From the NCBI GenBank assembly GCA_040753015.1, contig JBFMHM010000005.1:14730-78729 (forward strand): a stretch of 64,000 bases of DNA, written 5' to 3'. The translations under genes were made by a program, and so were the position numbers. Origin of the DNA: Candidatus Omnitrophota bacterium. Lineage in GTDB: Bacteria; Omnitrophota; Gorgyraeia; Gygaellales; JBFMHM01. Below are positions 1 through 9,044 of the stretch, in pieces (position 1 is the first letter of the stretch; every line of letters begins with the position of its first letter). The notes under the pieces were generated by a model, which made no database searches, was not told where the DNA came from, and saw only the letters and a program-made list of their open reading frames with translations.

Positions 1-296
1 ATATCAATAAAACCAATGTTCTGCCTCTTTAGTTGCTCAAGATGATTCTCATTATCTCGCAAGGCAAGAAGACCTGCATGAATTTTAGGATGCAAAGTTT
101 TAACGCGCCCGTCGAGCATTTCAGGAAAACCCGTGTAATCAGAAATTTCAACCGCTGGTATATTATTCTCTTTTAAAATCTTAGCTGTGCCGCCTGTTGA
201 AATTATCTCTATGCCTTGTGCATTAAGTTCTTTGGCAAATTCCACTATGCCATTTTTATCTGACACACTGATTAAGGCTCTTTTTATTTTAACCAT
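1..296 (-). CDS. purH: Bifunctional AICAR transformylase/IMP cyclohydrolase PurH, N-terminal (MGS-like) portion; the gene runs off the left edge of the window
   Basis: Minus-strand translation from the ATG at 294-296 gives [41 protein letters not shown]...[24 protein letters not shown], the conserved PurH N-terminus. Confidence 0.7.
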   Translation of the reverse strand, partial: MVKIKRALISVSDKNGIVEFAKELNAQGIEIISTGGTAKILKENNIPAVEISDYTGFPEMLDGRVKTLHPKIHAGLLALRDNENHLEQLKRQNIGFID

Positions 297-297
297 A

Positions 298-975
298 TTA
301 TTTATTAAATCTAAATATTAAGGAATCTCCGTCGCAAACAATATATTCTTTACCTTCAAGGCGCATAACCGGTTTTAAGTCATGCACAGTAGTTGCTTTT
401 TCAATATCCGGCCAATTTACTACTTCTGCTTTAATAAACCCTCTTTCAATATCTGAATGAATTATGCCTGCAGCAAGAGGCGCAGTTACGCCTTTTTTTA
501 TAAGCCAAGCGCGGGCTTCTTTTTCTCCGGCAGTAAAATAAGAAATATAGCCGCAGGATGCAATAATCTCACCAATCTCTTTAGAAAAATTTTCCTGTTC
601 TTTTAATAAATACACCGGCTTAAGGCTAAGAAGGTTCATATTAGCTAAAAATTGCCTATCTTCTTCGGATAAATCAAGTTCTGAGATAAATTTTTCTTTT
701 TCTAGGCCTTCTTTAAGCTTAATAAAAAGCTCCCTTTTTTCTGGCTGGCTTTCAATATACTTCTCTGTCAATTCTAGGTCTTTAAAAATAAGTTCTAATT
801 TTTCACTTTCTAGACAGACAATTCCATCAGCCTCTATTAAATTATCTTTAATTAAACTAATCGTAATATAGGTCTTTTTTTTGGCTTTATAAAATTCTTC
901 TAACTTATCTAAACGGCTATCCTTAAAAGTTATTTTATCTTTCTCTGGGCTAAACCCAATAATTCCAATTTTCAT
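298..975 (-). CDS. YchF-like protein with a conserved C-terminal (TGS/DUF933-type) domain but a truncated, P-loop-less N-terminus
   Basis: C-terminal [31 protein letters not shown]...[20 protein letters not shown] aligns with the YchF C-terminus. The N-terminal [14 protein letters not shown] lacks the GxxxxGKS/T motif. At 225 aa it is shorter than the ~360 aa YchF. Confidence 0.55.
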   Translation of the reverse strand: MKIGIIGFSPEKDKITFKDSRLDKLEEFYKAKKKTYITISLIKDNLIEADGIVCLESEKLELIFKDLELTEKYIESQPEKRELFIKLKEGLEKEKFISELDLSEEDRQFLANMNLLSLKPVYLLKEQENFSKEIGEIIASCGYISYFTAGEKEARAWLIKKGVTAPLAAGIIHSDIERGFIKAEVVNWPDIEKATTVHDLKPVMRLEGKEYIVCDGDSLIFRFNK

Positions 976-1070
976 ATTTGTCCTTTATTATTATATTTAG
1001 AAAAATATTAAAGAGAGATTATTATTATAGGTAAATTAGGATTTATAGTCAAGCCCAGTTTTATAGTTCT

Positions 1071-2246
1071 TTACTCTAGGTAGGTATAAATTTTACCCTT
1101 ATAATTGCGTAGGACATATTTACCCTTGGCTTGAGACAATAGATAATTTGGAGAAACTGGAATTTTACCGCCGCCGCCTGGGCCGTCAATAACATATGTT
1201 GGTACAGCATACCCTGAAGTAAAACCACGGAGTCTTTCGATAATATTTATCCCTACAGAAACCGGGGTTCTAAAATGGCTAGTCCCTCTGACCGGATCAC
1301 ATTGATAAATATAATAAGGCCTGACGCGGATTTGTAAAAGTTCATGCATTAATTTTCGCATTATATAAGTCCGATCATTGATACCCTTTAAAAGTACTGT
1401 TTGGCTACCTAAAACAAAACCATTATCTGCGAGTAAATTACATGCCTCTTTAGTGCGGCGAGTAACTTCTCTATAATGGTTAAAATGAATGCTTATCCAA
1501 AGCGGTGAGTATTTCTTTAATATTTTAATCAACCCTTCATTAATACGTTGCGGTAAAGATACAGGTGTGCGCGTGCCAATTCTTACAAATTCAACATGAG
1601 GAACACTACGTACTTTCTTTAATATCTCTTCAATAATATTATCCTCCAGCATAAATGGATCGCCGCCGGAAATAAGCACATCTCGTATCTTTTTATTTGA
1701 ACGTATATAATCAATAGCTAGATCTAAAGTTTCTAGGCTTAAAACATCTTCTTTTTTATCTCCAACGAGACGCCTTCGCGTACAATGACGGCAATACATC
1801 GCACAATGCTCGGTAGCCAAAAGCAATACTCTGTCTGGGTAACGATGCACGAGCCCGGGTACAGGGGAATCCCTGTCTTCTGCACAAGGATCTGCCATCT
1901 CACTATGTGTAGTAAAAAATTCTAAACTTGTCGGGACAGCCTGCCTCCTAAATGAACAGTTTGGATCATCCGGGTCCATATAACTTGCCCAATAAGGCGT
2001 GATAGCCATCGACAAGCGCCCCTTTGCATTCTTTAATCCATCTTCTTCTTGAGGAGTGAGATTAATTACCTGCCTTAACTCTTCTACTTTTCTAATACTA
2101 TGTTTAACCTGCCAACGCCAATCTTCCCAATCAAGGGGATTAATATCTTTAAATAACAATATATCTTGATAATCCCCTGGGCGTCTCTTTTGAATTTGCG
2201 GAGCTTCTTGAGAAACTATTTTTTCAACTGTTTCCTGTTTTTGCAA
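1071..2246 (-). CDS. kamA: Lysine 2,3-aminomutase (KamA family radical SAM enzyme)
   Basis: CAMYCRHCTRRR (CxxxCxxC radical-SAM motif in the KamA-specific context) plus the GGDP motif. Length is 391 aa. Confidence 0.8.
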   Translation of the reverse strand: MQKQETVEKIVSQEAPQIQKRRPGDYQDILLFKDINPLDWEDWRWQVKHSIRKVEELRQVINLTPQEEDGLKNAKGRLSMAITPYWASYMDPDDPNCSFRRQAVPTSLEFFTTHSEMADPCAEDRDSPVPGLVHRYPDRVLLLATEHCAMYCRHCTRRRLVGDKKEDVLSLETLDLAIDYIRSNKKIRDVLISGGDPFMLEDNIIEEILKKVRSVPHVEFVRIGTRTPVSLPQRINEGLIKILKKYSPLWISIHFNHYREVTRRTKEACNLLADNGFVLGSQTVLLKGINDRTYIMRKLMHELLQIRVRPYYIYQCDPVRGTSHFRTPVSVGINIIERLRGFTSGYAVPTYVIDGPGGGGKIPVSPNYLLSQAKGKYVLRNYKGKIYTYLE

Positions 2247-3288
2247 CTAACTGCTCCTTTTTTAATCCATATCGTTCTTTCGCCGCTTCTATAATTTTTG
2301 CGATTGTATCGCTAAAAGTTAAACCCATATATTCTGATACGAGTACAAACACATCCTCACAAGATAAGCTCGGCAAAGGATTAATTTCTAAGACAAAAGG
2401 ATTATTATTTTCATCAATCCTAAAATCAACCCTGCCGAAATCCCGGCATTCAACTGCATTATAGGTTAAAAGAGCATACCTCTGCATTGTTTCATTAAGA
2501 ACTTTTGAAAAATCATTATCAAACACATATTCAACATTGTCTTTTTTATACTTTAGATAATCATGTGTATAAAATTTATCTTTTAAATTAGACTGACCAT
2601 CAATTTTTATCTGTGATACCGGCAAAGCTTGTGCTTTATGTTTATTGCCAATAATCCCAACTGTCGCCTCTTTACCTGAAATAAATTCTTCAACTATCGC
2701 GGCCTGCTTATAGTTTATATTTACGTGCCTAATTCTTTTCTTAAGCTCATCAATGCTTGTTACCCTTGCGCTATCAGTTAGGCCTTTAGAAGAACCTTCG
2801 AAACGCGGCTTAACAATCATCGGAAAATTCATCCCTTTGATCTGATTATCAACGCTAGTTAAATCTTCTGCTTGAAAGAATTTTGGCGTCGGGATACCTT
2901 CGGCAACAAGAATTTTTTTTGTTAAGTATTTGTCTAGGGTCAGCCCTAAGGTTAAAGCATCTGCGCCAACAAATGGTATATCTTTTAGCTCAAGCAACAT
3001 GGGAACCTGAGATTCCCTATTCCTTCCTTTTGTCCCTTCACAGATATTAAAAACAAGATCAACGCCGAGGTTATTCAAACTAGAAATAACTCTATTAATA
3101 TTGCCAATTTTTTTAACTTTATAACCCAAAGACTCAATTGTCTTTGCCAAATTATCAATGGTCCCTTCGCTATCAAATTCGGCATTTATATCTTCGGGAT
3201 CGCCGATATTTGGCTTATAATCTGCTTTTAAATCAAAAGTTATTCCAATTGTATCTACCATAATATAAGATTTATAGAAAAAGCTCAT
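2224..3288 (-). CDS. ATP-grasp ligase of the D-alanine--D-alanine ligase family, translationally coupled to kamA
   Basis: Ddl-like N-terminal and ATP-grasp segments. The 3' end overlaps the kamA start by 23 nt. The annotated ATG sits inside a hairpin stem (3281-3306), so an alternative start at 3261 (MVDTIGITF) is possible. Confidence 0.65.
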   Translation of the reverse strand: MSFFYKSYIMVDTIGITFDLKADYKPNIGDPEDINAEFDSEGTIDNLAKTIESLGYKVKKIGNINRVISSLNNLGVDLVFNICEGTKGRNRESQVPMLLELKDIPFVGADALTLGLTLDKYLTKKILVAEGIPTPKFFQAEDLTSVDNQIKGMNFPMIVKPRFEGSSKGLTDSARVTSIDELKKRIRHVNINYKQAAIVEEFISGKEATVGIIGNKHKAQALPVSQIKIDGQSNLKDKFYTHDYLKYKKDNVEYVFDNDFSKVLNETMQRYALLTYNAVECRDFGRVDFRIDENNNPFVLEINPLPSLSCEDVFVLVSEYMGLTFSDTIAKIIEAAKERYGLKKEQLVAKTGNS

Positions 3289-3306
3289 CCCTCTAAAGAT
3301 GAGCTT
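3281..3306 (-). terminator. Terminator-like hairpin between the HAD gene and the ATP-grasp gene
   Basis: aagctcatc-cctctaaa-gatgagctt, a perfect 9-bp stem with a T-rich context on both strands. Confidence 0.5.
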
Positions 3307-3395
3307 TTAAAAATATCTAAAAAATTTTAATTTAATTTTCTCCTTTTATTTTTTTTATCACAACACAAAATTAAAGTCAAGAAAAAAATATAATA

Positions 3396-4028
3396 TTAAT
3401 TAACAAACGGGCTCCTTACATCAATTCCTAAAATATTAATCCTATCAAATATATCCTTTGTATTTTTAAATTGGACTGCGTATAAACCGAGTTTGCCTGC
3501 AGCTTCGATTAAATCTTTCCGATCATCAATATATATTGTCTCGTCTGGCTTAGTCCCCAAAAATGCAAGTGCCCGCTTATAAATCGATGGATGTGGCTTA
3601 ACCATATTCATCTCAAAAGAAAGGATCTTATATGTAAAATCGAAAATAAAATAATATTTTTCCTTTAAATAATCATAATGTAGTTTATTTATATTCGAAA
3701 GCACAAGTATAGGAAATTTTTTATTAAGTTCCTGTGCTAAGGATAAAATTAGAGCGTTCTCTTCACTGAAATAAAAAATTTCGTTCCAAATTTTTACAAA
3801 TTCATCGTAGGAAATTTCACAATTTAATCTTTTTTTAACTTCCATATAAAATTCGAAAGGCATAATTTTACCTTCTTCAAAAGACCTAGTAAGATCAGAA
3901 TCAAAAAAAAGATTATAAATATATTCTGAGTCCATATTTTTTATTAGGGGGGCTATCCGGCTTACTGCGATATTATGATCAAAATTAATCAAAACATTGC
4001 CTAAATCAAAAATAAATCCTTTAACCAT
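3396..4028 (-). CDS. HAD-superfamily hydrolase (subfamily IA-like)
   Basis: N-terminal FIFDLGNVLI HAD motif I and a C-terminal DDR motif. Length is 210 aa. Confidence 0.65.
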   Translation of the reverse strand: MVKGFIFDLGNVLINFDHNIAVSRIAPLIKNMDSEYIYNLFFDSDLTRSFEEGKIMPFEFYMEVKKRLNCEISYDEFVKIWNEIFYFSEENALILSLAQELNKKFPILVLSNINKLHYDYLKEKYYFIFDFTYKILSFEMNMVKPHPSIYKRALAFLGTKPDETIYIDDRKDLIEAAGKLGLYAVQFKNTKDIFDRINILGIDVRSPFVN

Positions 4029-4999
4029 TAATTTCCTCTTGGTTTTTGTTTCTTAAATAAATCTAAAAATCTGTCTTCATATTCTTTATAAATACCCCAT
4101 TTATCTAATTCTTGTTTTAAGATAGTCGCGTTTTTTAAATCTTTTTTTGCTTCTTCAAATAATTGCTCAATTCTTAATTTAACAGATTGCGGTAAATTTG
4201 TATATTGGCCCAGAGTATATTTTAAATGCTCAATTTCTTCGTCGCCTATCGGTGGAGGTGCAGAACCGCCTCCTTTTAAAAAATCAATTAATTGTTCTAT
4301 CTGGCCCTGGATTTCCTGTGCCTGCATTTCCAAGTCTTTTAAGCTAATATTTATTGAAAGCATGCTCATTAAAATTTCTAATATCGCAATAGCGGCCCTT
4401 GGATTCTCGAGTTGTACAGCATACAGAGGTATTTCGCCTAGTAGGCAAACTCCTTTTATCCCTCTTTTTTTAGCCATGCCCAAAAATAAACCATTCATCC
4501 CGCTTACATGCCCCTCTTTCATAAATTTTACATTATACTTTCCAAATATATCAATTAATTCTTTATCTGTAACTGCTGCCCAAACATTCGGCTTTGTTAA
4601 ATGATCTATAGGCAAAGGCATAGCAGCAAAACTAAATATTATTTTTATTTTTAATTGTATTATAAAATCAAGCAGTGCATCACAATAATTATTTGCAAAG
4701 ACTAAATCTGGCTGAGCATTACTAATAAATACTACTAAATCATTTGAACCGGCTTTATTTTTATAGACAAAAAATTTACTGTAAGGCAATTCTGTTAAAT
4801 CTAATAGATCATTTTTTATTGTTACGCCTGTCGGATAAAAGAAACTTTCTGGGTTTAACACAAAAAATTCTTCCATCTTTAGCTTTTCAATTAAATTTAA
4901 AGCAACTTTATAAGCCACATCCCCCATTCCTGGCCAAGCAACTATAAGTATCGGATTTTTAAGTTTTAATCGGGGAAATTTATTTTTGTTTTTATCCAT
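4028..4999 (-). CDS. PAC2 (proteasome assembly chaperone 2)-like family protein with a C-terminal coiled-coil extension
   Basis: N-terminal ILIVAWPGMGDVAYKVA resembles the PAC2-family signature. Its stop overlaps the HAD gene start. Confidence 0.45.
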   Translation of the reverse strand: MDKNKNKFPRLKLKNPILIVAWPGMGDVAYKVALNLIEKLKMEEFFVLNPESFFYPTGVTIKNDLLDLTELPYSKFFVYKNKAGSNDLVVFISNAQPDLVFANNYCDALLDFIIQLKIKIIFSFAAMPLPIDHLTKPNVWAAVTDKELIDIFGKYNVKFMKEGHVSGMNGLFLGMAKKRGIKGVCLLGEIPLYAVQLENPRAAIAILEILMSMLSINISLKDLEMQAQEIQGQIEQLIDFLKGGGSAPPPIGDEEIEHLKYTLGQYTNLPQSVKLRIEQLFEEAKKDLKNATILKQELDKWGIYKEYEDRFLDLFKKQKPRGN

Positions 5000-5048
5000 A
5001 TGTTCTCCAAGATTAATAAAGGCATATCTTGCATTTATACCAAATTTT

Positions 5049-6302
5049 TTAGCGGATGCAAGTAATTTTCTTTATAATTTTATATCCTAAATATATAAAT
5101 AATAACTGCACGAGTATTGCAATCCTATATTTTAATATACCTAAGCTGCCAAATGCCCACACAACAACACCCCAAACAAGGGGCCCGATAATCGCCGAAG
5201 ATTTACCGGTAAGCCCTAACAAACCAAATATTTCTCCAACTTTTTCTTTTGGGCATAGATGTATCGCTAGCGCACGCGTAGAAACCCAAGTCGTACCAAG
5301 CGATATCCCGATTAGAGGCCCAATAAACCAAAAACATAATTTATTAAACGACACTGCGGCAAGGCCTAAACTAAGCATCCAAATTTTTAACATAAATTTT
5401 GTTGCTTTCAAAGAACCAAGCTTGTCTGTAACTACTCCAAATATAATTGAGCCAGCAGCGGCAAATATAGTAGACATAATAAAAAATGTGTGTATTTCAG
5501 AATCACTAAAACCCATTACCTTTTTTGTATATATTGCCATGAAAATAATAACTGTAGAGACAGCGTTAAGGAAAATAAACGAAGCGATTATAAAAGTACG
5601 CAACCCGGGGAAACTTTTAGTATCAATAAATGTCTGTTTAATCCTTAAAAAAGCACTCTTAAAGATACTTAAGTTTAAAAAATCACTTAGATTTATTTTA
5701 TTTTGTTCTCTCTCTTTAACAAATAAAAAGCATGGTAAAGCAAATAAAAAGAAATATATTGCTGTTGGGATAAATGCCGCGCGATAACCATACGATAAAA
5801 CGAAAGGTTTAACTAAAATCATTCCTGTGATCGCCCCAATATATCCTAAACTTACACCTACACCAGAAATTCTGCCCACATCAAAAGACTTAGAGACATC
5901 AAATAATAATGCATTATAAAATATTGCGCCTACTTGGTAGGCAAGATTTGCGACTGAAAAAAATATTAATCCCCAAAGCAGGCTATCTGAAATTCTAATC
6001 ATACCGGTAAATATACAACAAAGAATTGTAAAAAAAACTAAATATGGCATCTTTGACTTTTGTTTATCAGATACCGCTCCTAAAATTGGCTCTAATATTG
6101 CAGCAATAATCATCGAGGTTGAAAGTGCTAAACTATAATAAATGTCCTGTCCGCCTTTTTCTATAACTATCCAAAGAGCAAAATACAAGGTTACTATGTT
6201 CATCGAAAACATAGTATTAGCAAAATCATATAACCCCCAAGAAGCAATTGTCAGAATATTACGTAGGTGAATACCCAAATTATTTTTTATATTATTATTC
6301 AT
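5049..6302 (-). CDS. MFS transporter (UMF1/Atg22-like family)
   Basis: Multiple predicted TM helices and an N-terminal YDFANTMFS motif typical of the UMF1 family. Confidence 0.65.
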   Translation of the reverse strand: MNNNIKNNLGIHLRNILTIASWGLYDFANTMFSMNIVTLYFALWIVIEKGGQDIYYSLALSTSMIIAAILEPILGAVSDKQKSKMPYLVFFTILCCIFTGMIRISDSLLWGLIFFSVANLAYQVGAIFYNALLFDVSKSFDVGRISGVGVSLGYIGAITGMILVKPFVLSYGYRAAFIPTAIYFFLFALPCFLFVKEREQNKINLSDFLNLSIFKSAFLRIKQTFIDTKSFPGLRTFIIASFIFLNAVSTVIIFMAIYTKKVMGFSDSEIHTFFIMSTIFAAAGSIIFGVVTDKLGSLKATKFMLKIWMLSLGLAAVSFNKLCFWFIGPLIGISLGTTWVSTRALAIHLCPKEKVGEIFGLLGLTGKSSAIIGPLVWGVVVWAFGSLGILKYRIAILVQLLFIYLGYKIIKKITCIR

Positions 6303-6362
6303 GCGTATATTATACTATTTTTTTATTGTAAGTCACGCTATTGTGGTATAATTTAAACCGCT

Positions 6363-9044
6363 ATGGATAAAAAAATGTTAATTCATAAAAGATTTCAGGA
6401 TACAACAAACAAATTTCCCGATAAAACTTGCCTACAATATAAAGAAGCTAATCAATACAAAATTATTACATACCGCCAAGTAGAAACCCAAAGTTTAAAG
6501 ATAGCAAATTTCCTAATTATAAATAATATTAATCCTGGTGATACTGCCGTATTAATCTCAGAAAACTGTTATGCCTGGCCAATAATATATTTAGGTATAA
6601 TGTTCAGCGGGGCTACTTGTATACCTGTTGATCCACAGGTAAAAAAAAGAGAAATTGAAAATATATTATTGGACTCCCAAGCAAAGATTATTTTTATTTC
6701 AGAAACTATTTATCAAATTTTTGTCAATTTTCCCGAGCTTGAGAAAAATCTGATTAAAATTATCGTTATAAAAAAGGATGTGAGTAGAGAAAAATATGTT
6801 GGCTTTGAAAAAATTATTCAAGATTATGAAACACAACAAATCCTACCAGAAATAGAACCCTCAAACCTTGCATCTATATTATACACCTCTGGGACAACCT
6901 CAAATCCAAAAGGCGTATGTATTAGCCATTATAATTTCTGCTCTGACGTTGACTGCATTTTAAAAACAAAATTACAAAAACCAAATGATAATTATATTTC
7001 AATACTTCCTCTTTATCACACATATGCATTCACCGCAACATTCTTAGTGCCATTTTTTACCGGCGGTTGCATTACATATATCAATACCCTGAATACCAAA
7101 GAAATAACACAAACAATAAAAGAAACGAATATTACAGTGATGGTTAGCGTACCACAGATGTTTAACCTGATTCATAAAAATATCTTTGATAAAATTTACA
7201 ATCAGGGTTTTTTAAACAGAAATTTAATTTTATTTTTAATAAATATTTGCGGATTTATTAAATTTAATTTCGGTATAAATTTAGGAAAAATTGTTTTTGC
7301 AAAAATTCATAATATGTTAGGCAAAAATTTGCGAATCTTAAATAGCGGCGGAGCAAAACTAGACCAAAAAGTCTATTTAGACTTAAATAAACTTGGTTTT
7401 AATCTTACGAATGGCTACGGCTTAACCGAAACATCCCCTGTTGTTACTTTGCTCAAAACCTCTGAAATTAAACCTGGATCTGTTGGTAAGCCGCTACCAG
7501 GGATAGAAATCAAAATTAATAATCCGGATAAAAGGGGAGTAGGTGAAATTCTAATTAAAGGCCCAAATGTTATGCAAGGGTATTTTAAACGTAAAGACTT
7601 AACTGATGAGGTGATAAAAGACAATTGGTTCTATTCTGGCGACCTTGGTTTTATTGATAAGAATGGTTACCTTTATATTACTGCACGTATTAAAGAAGTT
7701 ATAGTTTTATCTTCGGGAAAGAATATTTATCCCGATGAAATTGAAGAAGTTTTACTACAAAGCCCCTATATAAAAGAGGCCTGCGTATTTTCCTTAGCAG
7801 ATGGGGCAAAAGAAGCTTTGCATGCGGCAATTCTTCCTGATATTGAATATTTTAAAGCTCAAAAAGAAATCAATATTAATCAAAAAATACGTTGGGAACT
7901 AGAAAATCTTTCAAAAAATCTTGCAAATTATAAGCATATTATGAGTTTTTCTATCGAAAAAGACCCTCTACCCCGCACGCATCTGGGGAAAATAAGAAGA
8001 TATATAGTTAAAGAAAATTATATTAAAAGAAAAGTTATCTCTGGACAAGAAAAACAAACTACGCCCCAGCAACTATCAGAAAGCTCAAAAAAAATAATCT
8101 ACTTTTTAAGCCATGAATTAAAAAAACCAGTCGATGTTAACGATCATCTTGAACTCGATTTAGGAATAGATTCTCTAACAAGAGTAGAACTAGTTTTAAA
8201 ACTTGAAAGGTATCTTGGCGCAAGCCTGGATGAAAATTTCATTGCAGACATCTTTACTGTAAATGATTTAATTTCAAAGATAGAGCAATTCAAGAATAAG
8301 GAACCAATAGTTAACAAAGATAAGCAAAAGTTGTCTTGGCAAGATATACTAAATCAAAAACTTGATAAGAATATCCTCGAAAAAATTAAATTAAACCAAT
8401 CTAATATCGAGAAAATATTATTTTTTACTTCAACAAGTCTACTATATTTAATTTTTAAAATTTTCTGGAAGATAGAGATAAAAAATAAAGAGCAACTTCC
8501 AACAAATGGCCCATATATTATTTGCCCAAACCATGCTAGTTTTCTCGACGGATTTGCTATTGGTATTTCTTTACCATATATTATTAGGCAAAAAGCCTTT
8601 TTCTTCGGACTTACTGCCTATTTTGAAAATAAAATTATTTCATGGTCAGATAAATTTTTAAAAGTAATACCTATAGACCCTCTAACAAATTTAACTGGTG
8701 CAATGCAGGCGGCAAGTTTTGTTTTAAAAAATAATAGAATAATGTGTATTTTCCCTGAAGGTGAACGTTCTAGCGACGGAAATGTAAAGAATTTTAAAAA
8801 AGGTGTTGGGATATTAGCAAAAGAGTTAAATGTTGTTTTAGTTCCGGTTTATATCGCGGGAAGTTTTTCTGCTTGGGGACGCGGTAGAAAATTTCCTAGA
8901 AGCCATCCTATTACTGTAATTTTTGGAAAACCAAAGACTTGGCAAGAATTTAAACAAAATAATACAACCCCAGATATTGATGAATATCAAGTAATTGCAA
9001 ATGGTATACGAGATGAAGTAATAAAACTTAAAACGCCTGATTAA
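6363..9044 (+). CDS. Tri-domain fusion: AMP-dependent acyl-CoA/ACP synthetase, phosphopantetheine carrier domain, and 1-acyl-sn-glycerol-3-phosphate acyltransferase (PlsC) domain
   Basis: YTSGTTSNPKG AMP-binding motif. DLGIDSLTRVEL carrier-protein Ser motif. C-terminal PNHASFLDGF (HxxxxD acyltransferase motif) and FPEGERS. Confidence 0.75.
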   Translation: MDKKMLIHKRFQDTTNKFPDKTCLQYKEANQYKIITYRQVETQSLKIANFLIINNINPGDTAVLISENCYAWPIIYLGIMFSGATCIPVDPQVKKREIENILLDSQAKIIFISETIYQIFVNFPELEKNLIKIIVIKKDVSREKYVGFEKIIQDYETQQILPEIEPSNLASILYTSGTTSNPKGVCISHYNFCSDVDCILKTKLQKPNDNYISILPLYHTYAFTATFLVPFFTGGCITYINTLNTKEITQTIKETNITVMVSVPQMFNLIHKNIFDKIYNQGFLNRNLILFLINICGFIKFNFGINLGKIVFAKIHNMLGKNLRILNSGGAKLDQKVYLDLNKLGFNLTNGYGLTETSPVVTLLKTSEIKPGSVGKPLPGIEIKINNPDKRGVGEILIKGPNVMQGYFKRKDLTDEVIKDNWFYSGDLGFIDKNGYLYITARIKEVIVLSSGKNIYPDEIEEVLLQSPYIKEACVFSLADGAKEALHAAILPDIEYFKAQKEININQKIRWELENLSKNLANYKHIMSFSIEKDPLPRTHLGKIRRYIVKENYIKRKVISGQEKQTTPQQLSESSKKIIYFLSHELKKPVDVNDHLELDLGIDSLTRVELVLKLERYLGASLDENFIADIFTVNDLISKIEQFKNKEPIVNKDKQKLSWQDILNQKLDKNILEKIKLNQSNIEKILFFTSTSLLYLIFKIFWKIEIKNKEQLPTNGPYIICPNHASFLDGFAIGISLPYIIRQKAFFFGLTAYFENKIISWSDKFLKVIPIDPLTNLTGAMQAASFVLKNNRIMCIFPEGERSSDGNVKNFKKGVGILAKELNVVLVPVYIAGSFSAWGRGRKFPRSHPITVIFGKPKTWQEFKQNNTTPDIDEYQVIANGIRDEVIKLKTPD

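Noticed and set aside
5056-5787. 243-aa plus-strand ORF
   Set aside because: It lies entirely antisense within the well-supported MFS transporter gene. The translation is low-complexity with no motifs, so it is most likely a spurious shadow ORF.
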